DNA of 64,000 nucleotides from Bispira polyomma (Eukaryota): NCBI GenBank assembly GCA_965649765.1, contig OZ287754.1, positions 18,600,001 to 18,664,000 of the forward strand, read 5' to 3'. Shown piece by piece: positions 1 to 10,320 of this stretch (position 1 is its first letter; each line of letters starts with the position of its first letter). The notes under the pieces were generated by a model. It saw only the letters and a program-made list of their open reading frames with translations, ran no database searches and was not told where the DNA came from. The position numbers and the translations under genes were made by a program.

Positions 1-8
1 CAGAGATT

Positions 9-320
9 CTATATACGCCTTCTAAGGGTAGGTGTTGTTGGAGTGGTCACTAAAGTGTCTTTCAACGTGACATCTATCTGACGGAATAAGGCAACTAAAT
101 CCCTGCTGTCCGCTTTTACAATTTTGGCTTTGATGCAAATAAAACTGTTTTTCAGATCAATGTACTCAGAATCTGATTCAGCTATTTTATATTCAATGGT
201 ATCACTGCTGTCTTTCACCGCGGTCACAGGACCATATTCGACCCATTTCGTTAGGGGTACAGCAAACAGATCTAACTCCGTTTTGACACACTCGCAAGAC
301 AAGGGGTGAATCAGAGGCAT
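9..320 (-). pseudogene. Polinton major capsid protein (hexon/PY), N-terminal part
   Basis: MPLIHPLSCECVKTELDLFAVP...WVEYGPV...IEYKI...EYIDL...LFRQIDV matches the Polinton MCP N-terminus; internal deletions present. Confidence 0.88.
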
Positions 321-520
321 GGTTTAGGAATATATATCTCTTCTTCTCCTTTTTCTGGGAGGTCCTCTCTGTTTGAACACTTAGATGAAATGACGGGTCT
401 TGCCCAAGGGGGGTCCCTTTTATCCCTTTCCAAGTAATCCGGTGCCAAACCTACTCCTGCTGTCAAGGCCTTCTTACCCAATGATTTTCCTAATGCAATG
501 GCTCCTTTCTTTAACAGAGG
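311..520 (-). pseudogene. Polinton/adintovirus core (pVII-like) protein fragment
   Basis: PLLKKGAIALGKSLGKKALTAGVGLAPDYL lies between penton and hexon; fused to the penton by a deletion at a shared PLL. Confidence 0.65.
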
Positions 521-1055
521 TGCTTTAGCATCTCCCACTGCCACAGGTTCGATTAAATCGCAATAGATGTATAGATTGTGTGTGCCATCTTGAATGTCAG
601 ATGGGTACTCAGATTTTCTATCCCCAGGTATAAAGGGACCGGTTTTGACAAAACCTAGAATTTAACCTAATCTTTTGGAAAGGTTTAGTTTGGGTTCCAC
701 CTGTGGTTCATTAGGTTTATTTATTGTAATCTGAAGTCTTGTCTTTTGTGTGAATTCATTGGTACTGAACTTCACAGTAACCAATGGTTCTGCTCCTAAC
801 CTCCATTTTACCTTTTTGTTTAAGATTCTGATCAAGTCTTCCATGTTGATGTAAATGCCTTCTGGAATAGGAATTTGTGCGTTACCCACTTGGACAAATT
901 GTTCTGAGGGGACGTTATGCTATGTTTTTGTATACTGAATTTTCCTCCTATTCGCCAATCAATTAATAGGGTTGAGGCAGGGGAACTATATACTCTCCTG
1001 GAGAATTCCCTACATGCTTTGTATTACTTGGTAACTATACATAGAAGTATTTCAT
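515..1055 (-). pseudogene. Polinton minor capsid protein (penton)
   Basis: MKYFYV*LPSN...YIVPLPQPY*LIGE, IPEGIYINMEDLI and NLYIYCDLIEPVAVGDAKAPLL are penton-like motifs; stops present. Confidence 0.75.
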
Positions 1056-1089
1056 GTTGCAGTGTTCACAGAGGTGTTCACAGCAGTGT

Positions 1090-1855
1090 TCACAACAATG
1101 TCCACATTAAACTGAATGCATAATCAAAAGTGTGAGCTTTTTTATACACTCTCCCATTTATACTTCTTATTTTTTTTCCTTTTGTAATTCTGGTGGTCCC
1201 AGCTCTGGTTTCATTTCTGGCATCAATTCTAGTTTCAATTCTGGTTCCATTTCTGAGAACATTTGTGGTTCTATTTCTGGGAACATTTCTGGTTCCATCT
1301 CTGGTGACTGAAATTGAGGTCCAACTCACAACAATGAGGCTGGAATATTGGCATCTTGTAGCTTTTGAGCAAAATAAGGCCAGCCAGTAGGCATTTTTCT
1401 TTTTTTTTCTTTGAGTTCAAATGGGTGTGTTAATTAAATCAGTAATATGTGATCCAGAAAAAGGCTGATTTTCATCTGTCAAAATTTCACCTTTGTCATT
1501 CCAACATCAAGTGCCTTTTAGCTTTTGATAGAGGCTTCGCCCTTTACTCAGTAAAGATGTAGGCAGTGTTATTTTCAGGTCATCTTCTAAATCTTCTGTT
1601 TTACCCAGAGCTTCCAAAAGTTTTTCTCCGGAGGAAATACTGTTTTTTTGTGTTGATCATAGGCTTTGAGCCGGGTCATTGACTAATTGTACAGTTTCAT
1701 TTTTCTGACTGTTCCATATTGGTATTTTCTAACAGGTCACCCATATCCTTTTCTAATCTGACCATGGCTGTGGCGGCCATCCCTACAAGGTTTACACAGG
1801 TCCTGCCACTTAACAAAACTTTGGGAATAACAACCTTTGCAATATATTTGTTCAT
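1090..1855 (-). pseudogene. Adintovirus gasderminX-like ORF with 12-bp repeat C-terminal region
   Basis: MNKYIAKVVIP..LEKDMGDLLEN..EKxKLY, LPTSLLSKGRSLYQKL..WNDKGEIL..SGSHITDLI; 12-bp tandem repeats at ~1190-1320. Confidence 0.65.
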
Positions 1856-2099
1856 CGTTTGAATAATCCAATCAATTTTAGCAATTGGGGAAACACTTCC
1901 TCCCTAGAAAATGCCCTAAAAATTCTAGACATTTTCTCAACCTGTTCAGGTTGCCACTTAACAAAACTTTGGGAATAACAACCTTTTCAATATATTTGTT
2001 CATCGTTTGAATAATCCAATCAATTTTAGCAATTAGGGGAACACTTCCTCACTAGAAAATGAAATAAAAATGCAAGACATTTTCTCAACCTGTTCAGGT
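1804..2099 (+). repeat. 148-bp tandem duplication spanning the Polinton/LINE junction
   Basis: Units begin tgccacttaacaaaac at 1804 and 1952 and are nearly identical. Confidence 0.9.
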
Positions 2100-3920
2100 T
2101 TGAAGATAAATAAATCAAAAACTGAAGTCATAAGCTTAACTAAAACGACACAGGTTGATAAAAATCTTGGTATTTCATTAACTCATGGTAATTTCAAAAT
2201 GTTGGGAGTTTGGTTAAGTCCATGTGAAAAAGAAATGACAAGTCCTAATTTAAAAGATAAAATAGATAAAATGAAAAACATTATGAATACCTGGTTGTGT
2301 AGAAATTTGACAATTTATGGAAAAGTTATGATACTAAAAACTCAAGTATTAAGCAAAATTATTAATTTAATTAGTGTTATCCATGTTCCTGATTCCTTTG
2401 TAAAAGAAGTAAATGCTTTATTCTTTGAATTTTTATGGGGAAAAGACAAAAAACCTAAAGTTTAAAGGGAAGTTGTAACTAATGATAAATCTGAAGGTCG
2501 TATTAAAATGATAGACTTTAAGAACATGGTGACCTCGATAAAATCCATGTGGGTAAAAAGGTTGTTAGAACCTAATGTAGAAAACATAAATAAGCCCAAA
2601 TGGCAAGACCTGGCCCTCTATACAGCAGGCATAACTGATAAAAAAAATTTATTACAAAAAGTTGATGAAATAAAATTAAAATTAAATGACTCTAAGTTCT
2701 ATAGTCAGATTATATACTCATGGTATATAGCTTTTTCTCTGTAAACCCCAAATCCTTATATGAAATAATAAGTGAAAAATAAACACTTAATAAAAGAATT
2801 TTGGTTGGGGGTAAAGTGATTGACTCAAATTTTGGCATCATCAAAAAAACAGGCATTACTAGAGTATTTGATTAGTTAAATAATTGTAATTTTAAGACAC
2901 TAACAGAACTTAAAAATGAATATCATTGCAAACTCTTAAATTTAAATTATTATTCTCTACTATCAACTATACCACCAGCTCAGAAAGAAAAAATAAAAAG
3001 TAGTCTTTTTATAAATTCCCCGATCTATTATGATGTGAGTCATTTAAAACTGAACTTATCAAGGATTACAAATAGAAAGATATATGAAAGCCTAACATTT
3101 AAATCGGTTATTCCAACATCACAGAACAAATGGGTGGAGTGTTACCCCTTTCTAGAAATGGCTGATTGGTCAGAAATTTATGGCATGCCATACAAGTTAA
3201 CTAACGACACTAGTCTACTAAGCTTGCAATACAGAGTCGTCCATAGATTTACAAATTGTAATGTCAACTTAAAACTCTGGAAAGTAACAGATAGTGCCTT
3301 GTGTCAATATTGTAATGAACCAGACACAACTGAACATTATTTCTTCTATTGTGAATCTGTTAAACAAATCTGGAGTGCTCTGAAAACCATCTCTGCTGCT
3401 GTGTTAGGTGTATCATTTGAATTCACAATTTTAGAAATTTTACTTGGTGTACCATGTTAAAAAATACTCCCTGTCATATGCTAAATTTACTTATTCTTTG
3501 TGCAAAAGAATTTATTTATCTGACAAAAAGTGAAGAAGAATCAGTAATACAAAATATTTTTTACAGAATGATATATAATAGAATTGAAACAGAATTGTAT
3601 TTACTAAAAATAAAAGAAAATGACAAAGGCCCCATGGTTATCTCATGTGAAAATACTATAAATTATATTATTAGTAAATAATGTGTCATTTAATTGCATT
3701 TACATATGGATATTTCTTATTTTGTGTTATCTTATGTTCTATAGAAAGATATATACATATATAATACTAATAGAATTAAAGCAGTGTTGCATTTACTAGA
3801 AGTATTATTTGTGAAAATTTGAATTGAAAGGGTAATGTTACGAAAACATTGTGAAAACTATTGTTTGTAGAACTTGTACTGTTTGCTGTTATGTGAAATA
3901 AATAAATAAAAATAAAAAAA
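1893..3920 (+). mobile_element. 5'-truncated L1/Tx1-clade non-LTR retrotransposon (ORF2 C-terminal half, decayed)
   Basis: FSTCSGLKINKSKTE, W..RNLTIYGKVMILKT, zf-RVT CQYC..DTTEHYFFYC; AATAAA plus A-tail at ~3896-3920; degenerate TSD aattggggaa (1883-1892) / aatttgggggaa (3920-3931). Confidence 0.92.
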
Positions 3921-4098
3921 ATTTGGGGGAATAAAAGTTCCTAAAATAGGAGCTAGCAAGGCTGGCAAGAATCCCCCTGTTTGTAAGATATCTTTTTTTC
4001 TCTTTTTAGAGTTTTGTTTCTTCCTCAACTCTCACAGTTCGACTTTGTACTTTCCTAGTTTTTTCTTTACTGTTAATCCCAGTTGGATAATTCCTTCA
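3921..4098 (-). pseudogene. Adintovirus cupiennin-like small protein; C-terminus continues at ~1852-1890 beyond the LINE
   Basis: KKKLGKYKVEL..KKRKKDILQ..GFLPALLAPILGTFIP joins to QLLKLIGLFKR* across the LINE insertion. Confidence 0.7.
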
Positions 4099-4229
4099 AT
4101 TAGATTGTAAGCACACATTTAACAAAACAGTGTATGGGAGCTTTGTCTGCACCACATATATTTTGTTGCTTGGAATCACTCTGAGCCAAAATCTGTAAAA
4201 TATAGATTTTTTTTACATCAGACATGTTG

Positions 4230-4798
4230 AATGCATGACATTTGTCGGTAAAATGAAGAACAATCTTGCCTTTGATGGTTTTAATAGCTTTCTCAGCATA
4301 ATTTGCCTTGACTTCATTTTCTGTCACAAAGTGTCAAAAAGAATGCATTTTGAATAACTGCTGCATATAAGGTAAATTTGGTCCCTTTATCAGAACGCAT
4401 GCTTTCTGGTGTCCTTTCCTTGAAAACCAATGAGAAAGCATGAACAACTTCATCTCCAGATTTGTTTTTCAAAGGTACTGTCTACACATACTGTGAAAAT
4501 ATATCTATGGCTAACAGAACAAAATGGTGACTGTCATTGTATTGGGCAATTTTGGTCATATCCATCAGGTCAACATCCCACTGCTGATCTATACTCCCTG
4601 CAATGATTTTGTTTCTTTTAATAGTCCTTCTTGCAGGTTTGTGCAATGTATAAGTCTCTTCTCCATTTAACCAGGATTTCACATCTGTTATGGTTACGGT
4701 TCGGTATTCTTTTATTGCAGCCTTATAAAGCTTTGTGGCCCAGAAAAACTAGCAGAATGGGCAGGATTATAATAAATTGAAGTAAAAAATTTGTTCAT
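4230..4798 (-). pseudogene. Polinton retroviral-like (rve) integrase
   Basis: YYNPAHSASFSG, VKSWL..ETYTLHKPARR, QQWDVDLMDM, LAIDIFS, PLKNKSG, RSDKG, KANYAEKAIKTIK; frameshifts and stops. Confidence 0.92.
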
Positions 4799-4799
4799 T

Positions 4800-4979
4800 C
4801 TTTTTTTTTACAGTGGGACTTGGCAGAGCATAACACAGAGATGAACACAATAATGTCAAGCATATATCTCTGTTGTGCTGATATTAGGACAGATTGATAA
4901 TACAACCCAAAATCACAACAGTCAAAATAATCATTGGAGCCACATATTTCACTAAAGTTTTCTAGCAGACGTTATCCAT
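4800..4979 (-). pseudogene. Small Polinton transmembrane ORF upstream of integrase
   Basis: MIILTVVILGCIINLS*...LLCSSLCYALPSP; two stops. Confidence 0.55.
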
Positions 4980-5147
4980 TGGGAGTTATCCATTAGGCTT
5001 GTAATGCACAAATGACTTGGAATTATGTATGTTGCTTGTATATATATATGCATTTCAGGACACAATAACTATTTCGAGCATTGAAACATATCATGTGGAT
5101 CTGACTAAACCTCAAATTTATTATTTAGGGCTAAAACAGAAACATTA

Positions 5148-5350
5148 AATGTCGCATATGCGACAAAATGTTGCACACCCCTGCAACAATTTGTTGGTTT
5201 AAGTATGCTACAACATGGTTGCCAATGTGGTTGCTTTGATCATGTGACAAATTGTCGCAGTTTGTGACGATTTGTCACATACCATGCAACGATTTGTCTC
5301 ACACCATGCGACTATTTGTCGCATCACCATAGCAACCACCCTAGCAACCT
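5148..5350. repeat. Palindrome-rich MITE-like element
   Basis: tgtcgcatatgcgaca; repeated gcgacnatttgtcgca units; imperfect inverted repeat ggttgc..ggttgc / gcaacc..gcaacc. Confidence 0.5.
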
Positions 5351-5425
5351 ACACCTAAACAGCAGGCTGTTCTGGGGGTGTTTTGCTTACTCTATACTAC
5401 TATTATACTGTTTAGTGTGTTTCAG

Positions 5426-8400
5426 CATTGGCTGGCCCAACCACTGAGTGTGTGACCCACCAGTGTACCAAAGCACCATGTGACCTTCATGAGAATGACC
5501 TGCCCTGTAAACAGTTCTATCCTGGTGCAGTGTGTGAGTAAGTTTGGGTACATCACGATTTCCAGAAATCTGTTTGAGAGAGCTATTTCTATTTGTGATC
5601 AAATAATTAGCTATAATCAGTACATTTATTTACCTTTGTATGCTATGAAAAAATCAGCACCTGACTCTCGTTTGTATAACTGAAGACAGATGCTTGACAT
5701 TTAAATAAAAAAGTGTAAATAGCAGGTCACGGCAAACAAGTTAAAACTAAACGTTATATATTTCATATCGTACAAATTTTTGTTAGATTGTCTTTGTTTA
5801 AAGCTGAAGTTTTGACATTGATTTAGCATATATATAACAATTTTGAATAAAATAATACTTGTTTTACAGAAATAATTACTGCAACGGATGCAATGCCATC
5901 TGGAAGACTCCAGAAGGAAAAGTCATCAAGTGTGATCCTTGTGGTTTGTAATTTAAAACTTCATTCTGTAGTCATTTTTATCATTCCACTCTCTTCCATT
6001 GTCTGGTGATTATAGTTTTGTTGTGGTTATCAGAAAGTCCCTGGTTCGATACTAATTGGAGAATTTGGTTTGGTAATCAAAAAGTCTTTGGTTCGACTAA
6101 CGGTTGGAGGAGTTGGTCTGGTGATCGCAAAGTCACCGGTTCGAATCCTGCTAATACTGCTAGATTCATTAGTGGGATAACACCTTTAGGTAAAATGTGA
6201 ACATGTCATTGCCTACTGATTACAACCTAGGTTATGTTTCATCACTATCACTTTTCAGAGAACAGGATCCTTAGAGGATGATATTAAGATAGTAATATTC
6301 ATAAATGCTTCACTAATAATAATAATAGTAATTTATTTCTGTTAAAATTATTTGATAAAACCATTATTGCTATTGTGTGTTATCTGTGAGTAATCAGTTA
6401 CTTTGTACTATGTATAATATTAAAATAACCAATATATTTACCAATAAAAAAATTGAAAAATTACTTTTTAATTTCTCCTCACTTCATAGCAAGTACTATA
6501 CAAGACAAATGAGTTCCAACTCTTTTAAAAATGAACTAATATGGCCAATACTATTAAGGTATTCATAATTATTTTAATTTACCATTTTAAACAAAAGAAA
6601 ATATCATGAGGAGAGGGGGGGAGGGGGATGGCTAGGGCAGCCAATTTCCACTGTAGAAAATGTTCACAACACTTTGATGCCTTGGTGTTGCAATAAATTG
6701 TATTATTTCTTTTGCATTTCCAAGCTTTCCGAACATGTAAGCCAGGCGAGATTTTTAATTGCTTCAGGGATCCATGTGATCCAAATTTTGAACAAAAACC
6801 TGATTGTGGGCGGAAAAGCAAGGGAGCTGTGTGTATGTAAGTATATCTGCAGAATATAGTGCATATATTGCATATTTACACAGTTAATATTAGGTTTAAA
6901 GTAACAGCTCTGAACTAAAAATATAAAATACTCTCCATTGTGTAAATACCAAAACATCTTGTATAAGGTAAATTTCTTACAACAAATCAATTTTTAACTG
7001 TTTTAGCTGATGACCTTGTATAGTGAAAATTAATTCTCAGATTCCAATTTTTACTTTTATTATTAACTTTTTTAAACTAAAACTGGCCAGTAATGAAAGT
7101 AACTCCACTAATTTTGTAAAGAAAGTTTATCAGTATAATTTTCATTCAGCTAAAATGCTCACAGATTCTTCTGCTCCATTTCTATATATTTGATATATCT
7201 GATTGTATGTAGTGTTAAATTGTACATGCCATTGCTTACTACTGATGATGACACAGGTTATGATTGCACAGGTCACGTGGTAGGACTGTCCCTTTCGTAG
7301 GACTAGAACTTTAGAGTATGACATATCACTAGGACGCTATATAAATGCTCAAATAATAATAATAGTGGTAAACAATATATTTATAGGTTTTTGTTTATTT
7401 TAGTTCTAATTACTGTGGAGGTTGCAATGCTGTATGGGTAGACAAGAAAGGACGTCAACTCCCCCAGAGGTGTAGTGAGTATACTTTATGAGGGTTAATA
7501 TGAATAAGGGCTAGCTTGTGTTATAACATGACCAGTGTGTGTTTTGAATGGTTTAAAATGAGTGGTAAAATCTACGACTGACACATATACACATTTTTTC
7601 TCTGTAAACTGTTTTGATGCCAAGTTGAATAATCCCAGTAAAGCCATTTCATGTTAAATACAGCTTGATTCAGGTGATTTTGTCATGTCACATCCAAACC
7701 ATTTCACCATTTTTAGATTTCACCAGGATTGAAGGAGTACAACATTGCATTGTATTCAAGTGCAGTCATTCCCTTAATCTTGAGTCTGCCACTATGGACT
7801 TTCATTATAAGAAGTCATCCGAGTCACTATGTATCAGCCTGTATTTGGTAAATCTCAGACTATGATAGGATCGATGTCCTCTATGTAGGTGTTTCACCTG
7901 CTAGGCCAGTTTTCTACCAATCACGGTAAAATATATCCATAGTTTTGTCAGGGAATTTCCCTTCAGTATATATTGTTGTAACAACCTTTGGTGGTGGTTT
8001 ATTGTAAAGAATATCCAGACTAAAAACATGTAATTATTACATATTATTCTGCAATAATGCTTATCTCAGTACCACTATATCATTTTGGTGCATATAGAAG
8101 GTAAAACTGAATGAAAAGTTTGACGGTGTTAATAATAAGAGGACGTAACCACACATATTTTCCTTTTGATTGGAAGAACATACATGAAAGACTGTTATAA
8201 CAAAGTTTAGTTTGAAGTACCAGTGTACTCGCTTCATAATAACTGGTAGACCCCACCATCATGGTTTATGATGGTTTTCAAAAATATTATACAACCATAC
8301 TTTACCCTAGTACCCCTGTAATTCCACACTGGTTATACCTTGTTAATCCTCCTTGGCCGTGAGATGCAGTTGGTAAACTTTGTCAGTCAGTTACCTTTGC

Positions 8401-8859
8401 AACACAATGGGGAAGTAGTTCTTCCACATCACTCAAACCCTGCCTCTACATATAACAGAATCATGGGAAACCCTTGCTTACCATTAGCAACTATCATTTA
8501 CCTTGGCATAGCATCCCCTTTCTTGACCATTTAAACCCCTTGAACCAACAAACCAATCAATCAATGATTCAGTATCAAAGTTCTTACCCTCTATACAAGT
8601 AGATTTTGAGGTGAATCTTTTGAATGTGAATCCATGTGATGTATGTATACATATTTCTTGTGTATTTCCAGACTGTATTGACTGTTTTGGCAAGTGGACT
8701 GTTAAAATTAGGAAAGAAATATGCAAGGATTGTACTTGTACTGAGCTCCGTGGGAAAGGCAAAAAGTTTGTGAAGAAAGCCTGCAAAAAGCACAAGAATA
8801 TCAAAAAGGTGTGCTGTGCTACTTGTATGTGGGCAAAACAGAAACAGGAACCAAACTAA
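5426..8859 (+). CDS. Secreted Cys-rich protein, copy 1 (exons 2-6; exon 1 not in window)
   Basis: AG/GT exons 5426-5537, 5870-5943, 6725-6836, 7404-7474, 8672-8859 with matching phases give an open frame ALAGPTTEC..NYCNGCNAIW..CFRDPC..NYCGGCNAVW..CCATCMWAKQKQEPN*; AATAAA at ~8963. Confidence 0.85.
6095..6330 (+). mobile_element. Old tRNA-derived SINE in intron 3 (homologues ~24340-24510 and ~43845-44070)
   Basis: B-box ggttcgaatcc; (AAT)n-like tail. Confidence 0.55.
8330..8570 (+). mobile_element. Old SINE remnant in intron 5 (also ~32820-33060 and ~46150-46380)
   Basis: Ends in taaacccc..(aacc/aatc)n tail in all three copies; no conserved frame. Confidence 0.45.
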
Positions 8860-9137
8860 TGGGAATAATTCCTTAACTGCTATTTAATATTTAAAAAATA
8901 TATATAGCATGCATAAATGATGCAATGGAGACATGGTTAAGAGAAACCTGCCCTTTTAGACCAATAAAAATCTTTATTTTATCTGAGATTTTATTTTAAT
9001 GTGCTATTGTGTGATATAATAACTGCCACTAGAAACCATATCAGTATTTCTTCGCTGTTGTTTTTACTCCAGGTTTTAATATTAGACTAATTATCACAGC
9101 AGCCAAAAGGAATGATTTAATCATACAAATCTTTCCC

Positions 9138-10320
9138 ATGATGATTATGTTTTTGCCTGTGTCTGTTGTTTATTGTTTATCGCCAGGATTAACATAAGGT
9201 ATTGAACCCATTTACATGAAATTAGTGTCGGGAGGAGGATTTGGCCTAGGAAGAATCTATAAAATTTGTTATGGAGCCAAGTAGAAGTGTGCATCCAGTA
9301 ATTTCGACAATTGGTGGAGGTATGCACTCTATTGAGTGCCTTTGTAGCTCATTAAGAAACTTGCAAAAGTTTATCCATTATCACGTTTATTATTCACTAG
9401 AAGAGCACTGATTAAAAAGTGCCAAAGTATCAAATGGTGAAAACAAATTCTTGGATCAGTCCTTCTGCCTTGATCTAAATTCTTTCATGGCCAACCACTC
9501 CACTAAATTACAAGGAAATTGGTTCCTTGGTTCTTCTGTAATGTTGACATGAAACTAACAAAACAACCAACAGACCCACGTATAAAGATTATCTCTTTGT
9601 CAGAGGTAATTAAGATAATACTAATATATAGGTACTGAGCTATAATGACTTTTGTAAATTTGTAAACTTAATTTTAAGCTGTATTTTTATAAAATACAAA
9701 CTCACCCATTGGAACTGCATGCTTAACAGTTGCTTGAAAATGAAAGGTCTATATTTCCTGTTTCTGACTAACTCTGATTCTGTCGGTAGAACCGACCACA
9801 CAAGTTTTCACATCACCCTATGCAAGTATCTGCTTAATAGTCATTTTTTTGCTAGTCAAACAGCCTTCTAGTGGAAATTGACTTACAGAATAAGGAGGGA
9901 GGTTTATACTAGGTTTGGTGGGTGAGTATATATTTTATAAAAATTCAATTTAAAATAAAATTGACAATTATTGAATGCACTACCATGGAGGTGGGTAAAC
10001 AGGCACTAAGACACCTCTATTTTGAAATAAAAATGAAATTAGCATGATCTATGCATTGTAAGTACAATGAAAAAGTGCATAGTTAGTGAAGTATCAAGGA
10101 GGGCATGTTGCAATATATCAAATACTTACTGTAAGTAGGTTGCCACGTCTAGAGAAGCATTCCAGGTGGAGTTTTTTCAGAAGGCATACAGATACTGGAA
10201 TTCTGGTAAATGTACAGGAACTACTGACGAAGTTACCAAGACATAAAGTATAGTACTATAATCCTATGGGTTCGACCCACAATATGTAAAAAATCCCAGA
10301 GATAGAAATGTTAAATAACC
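9138..10320 (+). pseudogene. Possible relict exons of a second gene in the tandem unit (homologue ~33460-34790)
   Basis: Coding-like blocks ending in GT donors (ag|gtatgc at ~9320, gg|gtgagt at ~9921); stops in both copies; frame ambiguous. Confidence 0.3.

Larger units (their letters stand above)
1..4980 (-). mobile_element. Degraded Polinton/Maverick (adintovirus-type) element, running off the left edge
   Basis: Collinear minus-strand remnants: small TM ORF, rve integrase, cupiennin-like ORF, gasderminX-like ORF, penton, core protein, hexon. This matches adintovirus gene order as I recall it. Many stops, frameshifts and deletions. Confidence 0.9.

Noticed and set aside
6095-6150. tRNA gene (B-box match; also the SINE heads near 34520-34607 and 62530-62617)
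   Set aside because: No complete cloverleaf; followed by a SINE body and tail.
8340-8534. Conserved intronic ORF (also 32833-33093)
   Set aside because: Frame not kept in copy 3, no splice signals, and it ends in a SINE-like (aacc/aatc)n tail.
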